Assembly: GCA_963803145.1 (NCBI GenBank)
Contig: CAWDLW010000023.1
Coordinates: 1 to 64,000, forward strand
Reading direction: 5' to 3'
Length of the DNA stretch: 64,000 nucleotides
From: Methanotrichaceae archaeon
Lineage (GTDB): Archaea > Halobacteriota > Methanosarcinia > Methanotrichales > Methanotrichaceae
The position numbers and the translations under genes were made by a program. This document shows positions 10,032-21,994 of the stretch, in pieces (the first letter of the stretch is position 1; the number at the start of each line of letters is the position of its first letter). The notes beneath the pieces are model-generated. The model was not told the DNA's origin. It did no database searches and was given only the letters and a program-made list of their open reading frames with translations.

Positions 10032-11501
10032 CGGTCATTAACATCCCCGGCCATAGATCCTTCAAAAATCGGCATACTAGAAGAAAGGGCGCATCTGATA
10101 GATTTAGGCATCAATGCACTGGAGTTGCTTCCGCCTGCTGATAGTTGGGTAGATCGCCAGTGGGGATATGCAACAAGCAATTACCTTGCAGCCGATTATG
10201 ATTTAGGAACACCTTTTGGTAATGGTTGGTCCACCGCAACTACTGATCTTATCAACCTGATCACAACATGCCACCAAAAAGGGATTCGCTTTATTGTAGA
10301 TATGGCTATGGGATTTGCCAATCGTTGCCCGTATGAAAACATCAATTTCATGGATTTTCATGTCAAAGAGACGAAGGACCCAAGCTTGATTGATCCTGAA
10401 AAAGATAGCCGGGATAACTATGGTGGCCAGCTTTTCAAATATAACTATTCAGTAGAAGGGTATGACCCAGTAAGCGGTGCTCGGGGAACGATATACCCGG
10501 CTCGGCAATATATGAAAGTGCAGCTTGCACATTGGATGAATTTCTATCGTGCTGACGGCATCCGTATAGACAGCATTAAGACCATCATGAACTGGGATTT
10601 CGTAAATGAATTCAAGGATAATTCACGTGATATATGGAGAGCACGTAACCAACAAATTGGCATTGATTCTGAGCATGCCGATGCTAGATTCATTGTTGTT
10701 GGTGAAGTGCTAGATTACAATGAAGAAAAAGAGCTGATCAAACAGAATCGGGTTGATGGCGTCTGGAATGATGACTTTAAAAAGCGAGTTCGCTGCGCCA
10801 TCCTCGGCAGGAAAGCGTCCCAAGATTCTGAATTTGAACAGACAATTCGGAGAATGATCGATTGCCATGAGATAGGCTATAGTGATGGTGCACAGGTAGT
10901 CAACTATGTAGGTTCACATGATACTGAAGGATCCGAGAATGTACGCCTATATAATTTCTTGCAGAATAACCAAATCTATGAAACAGAGCAGAGAATCAAG
11001 CTGGCGTTTGTTTGTTTATTGACTGCTGTAGGCATTCCCATGATCCTGGCAGGAGATGAGTTCGCAGAAAAAAGCGATCTGGAAGCAATATCTCCATATA
11101 AGCAAATGGATGCGGTAAACTTCGAAAGACTTGATGATCCATGGAGGAAAAGGGTCTTTGAATATGTGGCCAGACTAGTTCATTTCCGGACGCACTCACC
11201 AGCTCTAGGTGTCAATGACACTGAGTTCTTGCACGTAGATTTCACTGAAGGGAAACGTGTTTTCGCATGGAGGCGAGGATTGCCACAAAGTTCAGACCAA
11301 GTTGTGGTTGTTGCCAATTTCTCAGATTGGGGAACATCGGATCCCTTGAATCCCAGCTCAGAATACATTGTTCATAACTGGCCTGCAACGCCACCCGGCA
11401 AAATCTGGAAAGAGATAACCCTTAATCGTCAGGTGCCAAGTGAATGGATAGGCCGAGAGCCTCTATTCCCATGGGAAGCAAAAGTGTACGCAATGGTATA
11501 A
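10032..11501 (+). pseudogene. 5'-truncated GH13 alpha-amylase/branching-enzyme-like gene
   Basis: HLIDLGINALELLP lies upstream of the first TTG (10125) with an in-frame stop at 10029; catalytic regions GIRID, VGE, SHD intact. Confidence 0.75.
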
Positions 11502-11722
11502 ACTGTATAATCTCACTATTCTTGACAGCTCATACATTTTTACTGGCTTTGCGATATAGCCACCTATACTATACAATCTTTTGATATCCCCACAGAAATA
11601 GATCACTGACTGAAAAAAATTATTTCATAGATAAATTATATATACGGTCATGGCTTATATGAGAGTTGTAGGGTGAGCGGCATAGCAATTGAGGAGTTTG
11701 TTACCACACAAAGTGACCATCT

Positions 11723-13912
11723 ATGATCGGCAAAACAGCCCTTATGTTTTTAGTGGCGCTCATTTTATCGGCTATTGTCGTTTCTGGAACAGGCGGAACA
11801 GGTCAATCAAATGTATCAGATAATTCGATTAAAATGATTACGGAAAGCATGGCAGGGCAGATGACTACAGGAGCGACCTATGATATTCTAAGCAATTTCT
11901 ATGCTGAGCCAGATCCCTCAGATCCCTCTGAAGATACGTGTATAACCGTATTCAGAGATAAGTTCCCAACCGATGATCACCAGAATTTATACGTCGAGAT
12001 ATCATCCGCTTATGGCAAAAAATTGTTGGTATCGCCCAAAAGCAGTTTTACATTTGGGTTCAACCCCTTAGAGGATGGCCAGATACTCGCAGATCCTATC
12101 GGAGAAGGAACGATTGATCTCTCAATCGATAAAGATGTTAATATAGATTATAGTGAAATAAAAACGTTTGCCAATAATGGAAATATCCATTACAATGGTA
12201 GATTAAAATATCCTGTATATCAATACGGAAATTATAAAGAAATTCCCAATATATATAATATTGATTCTAAAAAAGATGGAATAGGGGATGATGATGGTAG
12301 CTCTAAAATTCTGCCTGTGGGGATTGATGCTGTTTTAAAACTCATCAATGAAGGCAGCAAAGAGAAACTTCCTATCCCGATAATCGGTCCACTATTATCA
12401 GCACTTATGATGGCAGTTGATATCAGGAATGCTTTGGGCTATTTAGCTGTATTTCCGAATATAACGATCGGCGATAATATAAATGAATCTGAAGCAATGA
12501 CAAAAAGATATTCAAATGTACTGAACAAACGAGATATCGTAGAGGTGCCCTGGAACCCGGAATCTGAGTTGGCGTCCTCCAGCAAGACCTATCAAAGCAT
12601 CGTAGCTAAGATCCCAATTCGTATCACAGCCCAAAAGCAGAACGAGATCTACATTCATGGACTCTACATGTGCAAGAGCCCGCAAAAAAAATCGGGAAAG
12701 AGCTCAATTATAAATTTCTATTGCAAAGCCGATCTGATGCATGGCTCGGGTAATGCTGGCCTTCAACAATCAACAGAACAAGCTAACACCACCGGCCCTG
12801 TTGAAAAAGGTTGGACAATGACCTTCGGCGGGCAGGATAGTGATCTGGGCACCTCAGTTCAGCGTATCAGCGATGGTGGCTATATCATCACAGGCGTAAC
12901 ATCTTCCTATGGTGCAGGCGGTTGCGATGTCTGGCTGATCAAAACAGATAAGGATGGAAACAAGCTTTGGGATAAGACCTTCGGCGGACTAAAGGATGAT
13001 CGAGGCTACTCCGTTCAGGAGACTACCGATGGCGGATTTATCATTACAGGCTACACGAATTCTTATGGTGCAGGCTCTTGGGATGTCTGGCTGATCAAAA
13101 CCGATAGAGATGGAAACAAGCTTTGGTACAAAACCTTCGGTGGATCAAAAGATGATCGGGGCTACTCAATCCAGGAGACTACCGATGGCGGATTTATCAT
13201 TACAGGCTACACGAACTCCTATGGCGCAGGCAGCAAGGATCTCTGGCTAATCAAGACCGATAAAGACGGAAACAAGCTTTGGGACAAAACCTTTGGCGGG
13301 CAGGATAGCGATTGGGGCTACTCTATCCAGGAGACTGCAGATGGCGGATTTATCATTACGGGGAACACATTCTCATATGGTGCAGGCAGTAGTGATGTCT
13401 GGCTGATTAGGACTGATGAAGACGGAAACAAGCTTTGGGATAAGACCTTTGGTGGAGCGGATAGTGATTGGGGCTACTCTGTCCAGGAAACTACCGATGG
13501 CGGATTTATCATTACAGGCGGGACGAATTCCTATGGTGCAGGCGGTTGTGATGTCTGGCTGATCAAAACTGATAAAGACGGAAACAGGCTTTGGGATAAG
13601 ACCTTTGGTGGAGCGGATAGCGATTGGGGCTACTCTGTTCGAGAGACTTCTGATGGCGGATTTATAATCGCTGGCGTAACGTCCTCCTATGGTGCAGGCA
13701 CTGATGACGTCTGGCTAATCAAGACCGATAAAGACGGAAACAAGCTGTGGGATAAGACCTTCGGCGGAGTGGATAGCGATTGGGGCTACTCCGTCCAGGA
13801 AACTACCGATGGCGGATTTATCATTACAGGGAACACGTGCTCCTATGGTGCAGGCATTGATGATGTCTGGCTGATTAGAACTGATAAATTGGGCAATATT
13901 ACGATGTCTTAG
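11723..13912 (+). CDS. Secreted protein with C-terminal seven-repeat (predicted 7-bladed) beta-propeller
   Basis: Signal peptide; seven 52-aa repeats [41 protein letters not shown]. Confidence 0.85.
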   Translation: MIGKTALMFLVALILSAIVVSGTGGTGQSNVSDNSIKMITESMAGQMTTGATYDILSNFYAEPDPSDPSEDTCITVFRDKFPTDDHQNLYVEISSAYGKKLLVSPKSSFTFGFNPLEDGQILADPIGEGTIDLSIDKDVNIDYSEIKTFANNGNIHYNGRLKYPVYQYGNYKEIPNIYNIDSKKDGIGDDDGSSKILPVGIDAVLKLINEGSKEKLPIPIIGPLLSALMMAVDIRNALGYLAVFPNITIGDNINESEAMTKRYSNVLNKRDIVEVPWNPESELASSSKTYQSIVAKIPIRITAQKQNEIYIHGLYMCKSPQKKSGKSSIINFYCKADLMHGSGNAGLQQSTEQANTTGPVEKGWTMTFGGQDSDLGTSVQRISDGGYIITGVTSSYGAGGCDVWLIKTDKDGNKLWDKTFGGLKDDRGYSVQETTDGGFIITGYTNSYGAGSWDVWLIKTDRDGNKLWYKTFGGSKDDRGYSIQETTDGGFIITGYTNSYGAGSKDLWLIKTDKDGNKLWDKTFGGQDSDWGYSIQETADGGFIITGNTFSYGAGSSDVWLIRTDEDGNKLWDKTFGGADSDWGYSVQETTDGGFIITGGTNSYGAGGCDVWLIKTDKDGNRLWDKTFGGADSDWGYSVRETSDGGFIIAGVTSSYGAGTDDVWLIKTDKDGNKLWDKTFGGVDSDWGYSVQETTDGGFIITGNTCSYGAGIDDVWLIRTDKLGNITMS
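12812..13900 (+). repeat. Intragenic tandem repeat, 7 x 156 bp
   Basis: accttcggcg at 12821 and 12977 (156-bp period), continuing to the gene end. Confidence 0.9.
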
Positions 13913-13973
13913 TAATTCCAAATGACGATAAATCTTTACGCATCTTACCACTAATCTGTAATATGGTGAGACT

Positions 13974-14945
13974 ATCAGTAAGATAACAATAATGCTATTG
14001 ATCGCTCTGTTTATCGGATCGATCTCCTCATCTACAGCTGCTGAAAAGGTAACTGTTTCAGGATCGACTACAGTATTGCCTTTGGGAGAAGCTGCTGCTG
14101 AAGCATTCAACGCCCAGCAAAATGCTTACGACGTTACAGTAACCGGCGGAGGAACGGGGGCGGGCATAACTGCAATCGCTGAGAACAGGTCTGACATAGC
14201 CATGGCCTCAAGAGAAGTGACCTCTGATGAACAGAAAAGGTATGGTGACAACTTCAAAGAGTTCGAGATCGGTCTGGATGGGATATGCATTGCCGTGAGC
14301 AAGCAGGTCTACGATGCAGGGATTAAGAATCTGACTAAAAATCAGGTGAAGGGGATCTATGCAGGCCAGATCACGAACTGGAAGGAACTCGGGGGGCCTG
14401 ATAGACTGATCTATGCGATCGCTAGGGAACCAGGATCTGGAACAAGGGATACATTCAACGAGGTAATTATGGGCAATATAACGGCTGAGACACCAGGAGT
14501 GCACACCGTAGCAATGGGAAGCGCCGAGGTCAAGACCGCGATTGTCGGAAGCAATAATGCCATAGGGTACCTGGGATTCAGCTATATAGGCGGCAATATT
14601 GGCATTGTGACCCTTGATGGCATCATGCCGAGTATTCAGACCATTAAGAATAACTCCTATGAGCTGAGCCGTCATCTCTACTTCTACACCTTCGGCAGTC
14701 CGAGGCCAGGCGCAATGGTTTTCATCAATTTCATGTTAGGACCTGAAGGACAGCAGATTGCGCAGGAGAATGGCTTCATACCAATTACCGCAAGTATTCA
14801 GCCTGCGCAGTCTAATGTAAGCCAGCCCAGTGCACAGGCTCCCGTGGGACAATCTCCAGCCCAAAAGACGCCTGGATTTGAGGGCTTATTTGCCTTGGGA
14901 AGCCTGTTTGGAGTCTCCTATGTCATAATATGGAGAAGGATCTAA
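13974..14945 (+). CDS. pstS: Phosphate-binding protein PstS family with C-terminal PGF-CTERM anchor (start ATC 13974 or ATG 13992)
   Basis: VTVSGSTTVLP, GGGTGAGI, DIAMASRE, REPGSGTR; tail KTPGF + TM + RR. Confidence 0.88.
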   Translation: MSKITIMLLIALFIGSISSSTAAEKVTVSGSTTVLPLGEAAAEAFNAQQNAYDVTVTGGGTGAGITAIAENRSDIAMASREVTSDEQKRYGDNFKEFEIGLDGICIAVSKQVYDAGIKNLTKNQVKGIYAGQITNWKELGGPDRLIYAIAREPGSGTRDTFNEVIMGNITAETPGVHTVAMGSAEVKTAIVGSNNAIGYLGFSYIGGNIGIVTLDGIMPSIQTIKNNSYELSRHLYFYTFGSPRPGAMVFINFMLGPEGQQIAQENGFIPITASIQPAQSNVSQPSAQAPVGQSPAQKTPGFEGLFALGSLFGVSYVIIWRRI

Positions 14946-14949
14946 AAAT

Positions 14950-14990
14950 AGTCGGCAACAGGTTCAAGCTCCGACTTTATTTTATATTTT
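14950..14990 (+). terminator. Hairpin plus T-tract after pstS
   Basis: agtcgg...ccgact followed by ttattttatatttt. Confidence 0.55.
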
Positions 14991-15209
14991 GTTAATTTCA
15001 CTAAATAATTTTATAATAAGGCTGATACCCTGACAAAAATAATTGAATAATGTAATCACGATTTAATCATGATTAAGTGATTCATAAAAATCAATCTATG
15101 AGGCTTCCGTCAGGCTATTCAGCCTTATTCGGGAGCAGCTCATAGTCTCTTTGCCTTTTTTGCCTTTATTTTGCTTCTCCGGTAAGCCTTGAGCTTTCTG
15201 TCGCAACAT

Positions 15210-15533
15210 CTAGTTCGGATATATCATTGGGTAAGGTGGAGGACAAGCGTATGGAGGACAGGTATATGTGCAACCTGCCCAGGGGCCATTGCAAACTGGG
15301 TAAGGGTAGCCGCAGGGATATGGATATCCATATGGATAACAGCACGGAGGCTGATATAGATACTGACAGGGATAGCAGCTGTTTACCGGGCTGGGATAAT
15401 AACATGGGTAAGAGTTACAGCATTGATACGGCGTCTGGCATGAATATGAAGATCTGCAGTCCATACCCAAACTGCACGAAATATACAGCAATCCCAAGGC
15501 TAGAAGAGCTATAGCCATCTTATAAGGACTAAT
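15210..15533 (-). CDS. Small secreted Cys/Pro/Tyr-rich protein (start ATT 15533 or ATG 15518)
   Basis: Signal peptide then low-complexity YPC/CCYP repeats; GGAGG SD upstream. Confidence 0.65.
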   Translation of the reverse strand: MSPYKMAIALLALGLLYISCSLGMDCRSSYSCQTPYQCCNSYPCYYPSPVNSCYPCQYLYQPPCCYPYGYPYPCGYPYPVCNGPWAGCTYTCPPYACPPPYPMIYPN

Positions 15534-15644
15534 CTAAATCCCTCCAAGCGATGATTGTTCTTTATTGTATATAATCGTTCCCGTCTTATGATATATATTT
15601 AAATTAAAATCAGTCAGTTTGAAAGTATCAACAAATAATATTTT

Positions 15645-15671
15645 AGATTCGCTGGGATGCCCAGCGAATCT
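15645..15671 (-). terminator. Perfect 12-bp-stem hairpin downstream of 15704-16567
   Basis: agattcgctggg-atg-cccagcgaatct. Confidence 0.55.
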
Positions 15672-15703
15672 TTGTAACTTGCTTTATACCAAATGGCCAT
15701 AGT

Positions 15704-16567
15704 TCAAGCATTTCCGGCAGCAATGGTTTTTTCTGTATTCTCCTTAAGGGCATCCATCATTTCCATCTGGGCCACTGCCTGGCTCGATGCGCTATTATTC
15801 AGGGGCACCTTTGCGCTATTGTTTAAATTCTTGGCTGCACTTTCATTTGGCTGGACGGCTGTCTGGTTAATAGCTATCTGGTTAATGGCTATCTGGTTAA
15901 TAGCACTCTCATTTGTTGGCAGCGATATTATATTGCCAGATTTTGCCTCAGAAGGATAAGGCATCACTATCAGATATGGCCCCTCACCAGTCTCTCTGGA
16001 ATTGAAGTCAACACTGTAGTTGCTATTGCTTACTGCCATCAGCATGAATGATATAAGACCTCCATTGGCCTTCGCATCCAACAGCTTCTTGGATACGTCA
16101 AAGGCGACGATATTATCCCCATCTGTGCTTATATCCATCTTGGTTATATCGTTCCTCTCCACGATATCAAGAATCGGCTTCAGATTGAAGATCAGATCGA
16201 GATAGCTCGAATTCTCACTCCAATCAGAACTAACAGGCATCGCCGCAATCATAGCGGATTCATTCCCTTGCTTCTTGATGGATGCTGCTTTAAGCACAAG
16301 AATCCCAATATCGTTCTCTGTCATTTTGAGGCCTGAAATATTGAACTGTATCATTGGCACGCCTGAGTATCTGCTCTTCATGCTGCCATTGATATCTGCT
16401 ACGTCCACCTCACACCTCAGAGTATCTGTGTTGTATACCCCTTCTTTATCCATTCCAAAATATACATCCTGGGATGCAGGGATCTTGGTTACTTCCGAAA
16501 GCTCGCAGAGCGCAGTGCCGACGATCATTAATGCCAGTACTGTTAGAAAGATCAGTCTATTATTCAT
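15704..16567 (-). CDS. Secreted protein, DNRLRE/CBM96-like domain with AINQI-repeat tail
   Basis: GGAGG SD before ATG 16567, signal peptide; IPASQDVY...FDVS...FNSRETGEGPYLIV pattern. Confidence 0.6.
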   Translation of the reverse strand: MNNRLIFLTVLALMIVGTALCELSEVTKIPASQDVYFGMDKEGVYNTDTLRCEVDVADINGSMKSRYSGVPMIQFNISGLKMTENDIGILVLKAASIKKQGNESAMIAAMPVSSDWSENSSYLDLIFNLKPILDIVERNDITKMDISTDGDNIVAFDVSKKLLDAKANGGLISFMLMAVSNSNYSVDFNSRETGEGPYLIVMPYPSEAKSGNIISLPTNESAINQIAINQIAINQTAVQPNESAAKNLNNSAKVPLNNSASSQAVAQMEMMDALKENTEKTIAAGNA

Positions 16568-16773
16568 ATGTAATCCTCCCCTCAAGACTGATATACTGTA
16601 AAATGCCCTGATATTTAAAATTGATGATTGATAATTTACCAAAGCCATGATAATGTTGTATATTAGTTGCTGTGTAAATCTCTTCTCTAATGTTAGAGAT
16701 TTTATGGATATAACTTATATTTTCTGACGTTTCAGCGGATCATAAAATAGCAGCTTTCCTGGCACAGAGATAT

Positions 16774-19700
16774 TTACATGAAGTCGGCAAGCCCCATCTG
16801 CTTGGATTTATCGTTCTTAAAGATTGAATCTATCTCAATCTTCAGAATCTCAAGCCTCTGCTTTGTATAACTGCTCACATCGTAATCCTTTGCAACCTTC
16901 ATAGATACCTCTAAGTATTTTCGAACGCTGCCTTCGTGAACAGTAAGAATGATTCTGCCTCCACATTTTGGGCAGACCTCCTTTAGCGGAGGCCTGCGAT
17001 ACTTCATCCCGCATTTCACGCACCTGACCTTTTGCTTCGAAAACGCATGCAGGTTGCCTATCAGATCCGGCAGGAAATGAGAGTTAATGACACGTTCTGC
17101 AACATCTTTGGCATCTACGGCTCTGATGAGCGCCGCAAGCTCAAGCTGCGCATCCATCTTGTCTATCATTGTCTCAAGAGTTTTGTAAGCACTGTTCTTC
17201 GGGCCTGCAGCAATATCCGAGGTGTCATGGCTGAACTTGAAGCCCTCATATTGAGCGTCTGTCCCTAGGCGCTTTGATACAAGATCGAACTTCGCCTCAA
17301 GATCTTTTGGATTAGCTCCATGCAGTGTTGCTTCATAAAACTCAAGCGGGTAAATACTCGTCAAATCGAGGTTATGAGCCTCCTTATCGACCTCCGCAGG
17401 ATTTAGGCGAGTCGTCATGACAAGGGGAGCATCCATTTTGCCGCCTCTGCGCTCTGGAAGGTATGACATTGAGAAGTTGAGGAGTGCATCCATGAGAAGC
17501 ATCACACAATCCTCGTCCCCATCGCAGTTCCTTCGTTTAGCCGCGTGGAAGAATGGATGGCCGAAGCCTGCAGATGCCGCTGTGTAGCCTATCAGTCGGC
17601 ATAGAACGCCTGCAGATGTATGAGGCGCAAGGCCGACCAATAGCGTTCCTATGAGATCCTGCCGCGAGTTTGCGTTGTAATATGGCTTGAGACCATAGAA
17701 CTTCACAAGAAGCTCATCTAGAAACTGGGCCACCTTTAGGAGATAATCGCCACCATCCCTGGAAAGTATAATATCCTGCACCCTAAGCTCGCAAACCTGG
17801 GTCTCGCTAAGAAGAGGCTTTCCATAAGTATCTTCGACATAGCCAAGCTCCCTCAGCTTTTCAAGGCTGGTACCCATTTCATCTGGCCGGAAATGCGTAA
17901 GAGGCAGATCCGTGAGATCATATCTGATTGTTCCATCTTTGAATATGTTGACCCCATGCTTTGCCCTGAGTATTCCCTTCTCGATAGCCTCTGGTGTCTT
18001 GTCTCGTGATGTCAGGCCCATGACACCTTTCAGAACCTCTGGCTCACGCTCGCCTAGACTCTCCAAAGCCTCGGCATAAAGCTTCTTTATATCAATCTTC
18101 ATCTTGGAGGCTGCAGTCGTCTCAGAACCGCATTTAGGACATTTCTCCTGCGCAGGGATGTTACAGCTCGGACATACCCTCTTCTTATTCGTATGACCGC
18201 CACATTCGCACCTGAATGCGAATCCCTCCTTGCCACAGTCCCTGCAGACGCGCCGCTCGATCTCGACATCGATTATTCCTGTCTTATTTCCCTGTGAATA
18301 TTTTGCAGCCTCCTGCACAGACCTGGACTTGCCTCCGGCACTGCTTGTTGGGAAGAGGACGTGGGGCGGCGGCTTCATCAGCCTTCTATCTGATTTCTCG
18401 GGCCTTCCCATCCTGGCCCCGATGCGCGTTGGCGCTCTAGCCCTTACGGTTATTCCTGCAAGCCTGTTGACAGCTTCCAGTGTGGAGCCATCCATTTTTT
18501 CCCAAGCCGTTTTCAGCCCTTCGGGTTCTATCCCTAAGCAGAGTAGAAGCGGCAGAGAGTCCTCGATTACTATCTTACTTTCTCGCACCTTATGCTGGAC
18601 CAGAAGAACCTCGAGTGCATCCTTTGCCTCCATCGGTAAGCTTAGCCTTTGTTCATTCAAGATGCCCCTGGATGAGATTATGGCGGCAAGATGCTCAAAC
18701 TCCTCAGGCTTAAGATCGTGCCAAAAGTATGTATGAGAAGGATGGAGCGGTATGCCGTATTTCCTTGAGATAGCTATGGCATCAACGCCACTGATCTTCT
18801 CAAAATCGCTGGGATCGCCTCCTGCATTCTTCAACTCAGCAGCCCACCACTCAAAGGTATACGATGCTGGTGCTAGAGGGCGATTATTCTCCAGGAACTC
18901 CCCATAGCTTATCAAGATCTCTCCTAAATCAAGTATCTCGGAAACATGTGCCTTCAGAGCGATGGATATCTGCTTTGGGTCTTTGGGGCTGCTCGGCATC
19001 CATGAGAGAATATCTTCAGGTTGATCAAACCTGACAACGTCCCCATTGAGCAGCCGAACTGTAGGACCTTCTATGGAGCTGACCGGAGCTACAGCCGCAG
19101 CCTTGCCGGGCTGCTCGACTTTGATCTGAGTTCCTGCAGCCATGAACTCGCCCAACAAAATCATGGAAGCAGGGTTAATTCCAGCTGCGGCAAGTCCAGT
19201 GTTCCTACATCTGCCGTAGCGTAAGCGGAAGCCTCCGGGTCTCGATGGATGCGAGAAGACTGGTCTACCTGCAATCAGATCTCTTAAAAACTTCGGGCCT
19301 GAGTTACCGCTTTCCGTTTTGGTGCTTCCCAGGCTATCCAGCCACTCCCAGCCCTCTATTCCGAGCTTTGAGACATGCTTCTTAAGCTTGGGCCTTTTCA
19401 GTGCTATGCCTTCAGCAGCAACGAGAGCTATTCCGCCCCTCACTCGGTTTGTCTCTATCCTTGGAAGGTCGCGGAACCCCGAGACCTCTTCCTCCTCTGT
19501 CGGCTCGCCGTCAATGCAGATCGGACAATTCCTCACTATAGTTCTGATCTCGTCATCCGATGGAGAGTACTGGAGACCAGCAACGCGCTTATAAAGCCCT
19601 ATCTCCTCCACATAGCGCTCTACCTCCTCAGGCCTGGGTTTCCAGGGAGCAATCCCAGCACTCCTGCGGACATAGTCTGCCACTAGAACGGAAAGCGCCT

Positions 19701-20148
19701 GTGCTGTGCCGCCTGCAGAACGGATGGGTCCAGCATAGTAAACTTTGAGGTAATCTGTGCCATCATCGTTTTTTCCGAGCGATACTCGTGCTATACCTTC
19801 TATTGGTGCAGCCACAACACCCTCAGTCAGCAGCGCAACGGCAGTGCGAATGGCGCTATCCACAGATTCTATCTTTGATGAGCCTTTGCCGAGCCTTCCC
19901 TCAGCAAAATCTATGCCGATAGATAGGGCGGCTTCCTCTCTGCTCATCCCTTCTGCTTCCAGCTCCCGGATTCGTGCGGCGATGCCCGGTATGCCGATAA
20001 GCTTTTCCACTCTTTCTGCGAGGTCGATTGCCAGAGGGATCTCTACCTCGGTTGAGGGGTCCTTTCCCTCGCTTCGCGCCTCATGGGCTATAGCCATTGC
20101 ATTCTTGAGGCTACTTTCAAGAAACTCGAAATACTCAGACGTTTTCAC
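16774..20148 (-). CDS. polC: DNA polymerase D large subunit DP2 (no intein evident)
   Basis: [30 protein letters not shown]-terminal CxxC zinc fingers. Confidence 0.97.
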   Translation of the reverse strand: MKTSEYFEFLESSLKNAMAIAHEARSEGKDPSTEVEIPLAIDLAERVEKLIGIPGIAARIRELEAEGMSREEAALSIGIDFAEGRLGKGSSKIESVDSAIRTAVALLTEGVVAAPIEGIARVSLGKNDDGTDYLKVYYAGPIRSAGGTAQALSVLVADYVRRSAGIAPWKPRPEEVERYVEEIGLYKRVAGLQYSPSDDEIRTIVRNCPICIDGEPTEEEEVSGFRDLPRIETNRVRGGIALVAAEGIALKRPKLKKHVSKLGIEGWEWLDSLGSTKTESGNSGPKFLRDLIAGRPVFSHPSRPGGFRLRYGRCRNTGLAAAGINPASMILLGEFMAAGTQIKVEQPGKAAAVAPVSSIEGPTVRLLNGDVVRFDQPEDILSWMPSSPKDPKQISIALKAHVSEILDLGEILISYGEFLENNRPLAPASYTFEWWAAELKNAGGDPSDFEKISGVDAIAISRKYGIPLHPSHTYFWHDLKPEEFEHLAAIISSRGILNEQRLSLPMEAKDALEVLLVQHKVRESKIVIEDSLPLLLCLGIEPEGLKTAWEKMDGSTLEAVNRLAGITVRARAPTRIGARMGRPEKSDRRLMKPPPHVLFPTSSAGGKSRSVQEAAKYSQGNKTGIIDVEIERRVCRDCGKEGFAFRCECGGHTNKKRVCPSCNIPAQEKCPKCGSETTAASKMKIDIKKLYAEALESLGEREPEVLKGVMGLTSRDKTPEAIEKGILRAKHGVNIFKDGTIRYDLTDLPLTHFRPDEMGTSLEKLRELGYVEDTYGKPLLSETQVCELRVQDIILSRDGGDYLLKVAQFLDELLVKFYGLKPYYNANSRQDLIGTLLVGLAPHTSAGVLCRLIGYTAASAGFGHPFFHAAKRRNCDGDEDCVMLLMDALLNFSMSYLPERRGGKMDAPLVMTTRLNPAEVDKEAHNLDLTSIYPLEFYEATLHGANPKDLEAKFDLVSKRLGTDAQYEGFKFSHDTSDIAAGPKNSAYKTLETMIDKMDAQLELAALIRAVDAKDVAERVINSHFLPDLIGNLHAFSKQKVRCVKCGMKYRRPPLKEVCPKCGGRIILTVHEGSVRKYLEVSMKVAKDYDVSSYTKQRLEILKIEIDSIFKNDKSKQMGLADFM

Positions 20149-20573
20149 TGATTATCCCAGAGGTTTAGGCCTGTTATTGAATCGTACTCCCTTATCAGCG
20201 GCTCGCCAAGCAGCTCTTGGATACATAGCTCTGCAGCAAATACCTTTCCGCCGATTAGGTGGCCGCCCCAAACACGGCCCTCGGAATCCGATAAAGCAGC
20301 GTGAGCATGAGCAAATGGCTGGTTGTCGCGGATTGATATGTTTCCGCTACATGATACAAGTTCCACAGGCTTATCTATCGAAATCTTATGGTACTCGTGA
20401 GAAACCTGATCATAGTAAGCCAACTCCGCCTGCACCAGGGCTCCAATAGCGCTGAATATGCCAGTCCCTATCTTCTCTTTTTTCGCCGAATCCGCTATCT
20501 GATTAACGATATCTATTCCATGATCGAGTCTAGCGATCAGGCAGCGCCCAAGCTTCAATTCTTGAGCCAGCAT
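20145..20573 (-). CDS. PPC domain (DUF296) protein
   Basis: [23 protein letters not shown] motifs. Confidence 0.88.
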   Translation of the reverse strand: MLAQELKLGRCLIARLDHGIDIVNQIADSAKKEKIGTGIFSAIGALVQAELAYYDQVSHEYHKISIDKPVELVSCSGNISIRDNQPFAHAHAALSDSEGRVWGGHLIGGKVFAAELCIQELLGEPLIREYDSITGLNLWDNQ

Positions 20574-21006
20574 TCCATCCCCATTTTAACTCTTACCTCA
20601 TAACTATCATAAATACATGCAATATCCGCTTATCTAAATAGCGGTATGTATATCAGAATATTGAAATGGCATGGTTGGCAAGCAACTGATCCAGGACGAG
20701 TTTATAGCTTCACGTTGATTGTGCAATAACCTTTCATGTAGATATTGTGCCAGTTGATAGTGCTTTTTCTATCTTTATCAAATTCGTTACAACATTACCC
20801 CTTGCTTGCTTATGCGCAAGAACGACGAGTGTTGTCGAAAATTTCCATAACAAATTGATAAGAGACGTTCTATTATTTACACTGTTTTAAGGTTTCGATA
20901 TCATTAGAAACCATAGAAATTATATTGTTGCATTTTTCCAGTGGAACCCTGGATTCGTAACTGAGCTTAGGACGAAACATAGAACGGCAGCGTTATCTAT
21001 TTTTGT

Positions 21007-21990
21007 TTGAAGCCATATTCATTAGCGATGAATCTAGAGTCTCTGACGGCAGAACTTCGCGGGTTTGTGGGGATTACTCGCAAAAAACAGATAGGTGATC
21101 TGATCAAGTATTTTCCGGTCGACTCAGACAATATCATTGCTTCCTTCGGAGAGGATGCAGCTGTTATAGACGATGGTGAGGAGGTCATGCTCCTTGCAGC
21201 AGATGGCATCTGGTCGAAGCTCATGGAGGCAGATCCAGAATGGGCCGGCTACTGCGCAGTTCTCGTGAATGTGCACGATATTGCAGCGATGGGCGGCTGG
21301 CCGATTGCTATGGTTGATGTTCTCTCGGTGAACTCGCAGGAGACTACCGATGCTGTCCTAAGAGGCATGCGCAAGGGAATTGAAAAGTTCAATGTGCCCA
21401 TAATTGGCGGCCATTTACATCCCGATACACCATACAGCGCCCTGGATGTTGCAATACTGGGAAAGGCGCGAAAGGATGCGGTGATATCAAGCAGCACAGC
21501 CAGGCCCGGAGAGGTAGTAGTGGCTGCTGCAGATATGGATGGCAAAGTGCACCCGAAATTTGGGATAAACTTTGATTCAACAAGCTTCAAAGATCGGGAA
21601 ACGCTGCTTACCCAGTTGGGCGCTATGCGGGAGCTGGGTGAGAAGGGGCTTGTCAGGGCTGGAAAGGATATTTCTAACCCAGGAATGCTTGGAACTTTGG
21701 GGATGCTTCTTGAGACAAGCAGGGTCGGTGCCGTTGTTGATCTGGATGCCATACTGATTCCAGAGGGACTGGATCTGTTAAGCTGGCTGAAGATGTACCC
21801 GGGAATGGGCTTCGTTGTAACGACTAAACCAGAAAAGGCCGATGAAGTCATGGAAATTTTTAGCCGCAGAGGTCTCACGCCAGCAATCATCGGCAATGTA
21901 GTGGAGGACAGAAAACTTGTCATTCGATCAGGTAAAGATCAGACTGTCCTCTTCGACCTTGAAAAGGAATGCGTGACCGGAATCAGGTGA
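21007..21990 (+). CDS. Methanogenesis marker protein 2 (AIR-synthase-related; likely start 21028)
   Basis: GEDAAVI, AADGIW, VNVHDIAAMGG, GGHLHPD, KDISNPG. Confidence 0.9.
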   Translation: MKPYSLAMNLESLTAELRGFVGITRKKQIGDLIKYFPVDSDNIIASFGEDAAVIDDGEEVMLLAADGIWSKLMEADPEWAGYCAVLVNVHDIAAMGGWPIAMVDVLSVNSQETTDAVLRGMRKGIEKFNVPIIGGHLHPDTPYSALDVAILGKARKDAVISSSTARPGEVVVAAADMDGKVHPKFGINFDSTSFKDRETLLTQLGAMRELGEKGLVRAGKDISNPGMLGTLGMLLETSRVGAVVDLDAILIPEGLDLLSWLKMYPGMGFVVTTKPEKADEVMEIFSRRGLTPAIIGNVVEDRKLVIRSGKDQTVLFDLEKECVTGIR

Positions 21991-21994
21991 TCAC

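Noticed and set aside
16774-20148. Intein in DP2
   Set aside because: [13 protein letters not shown] is continuous and the length fits an intein-free protein.
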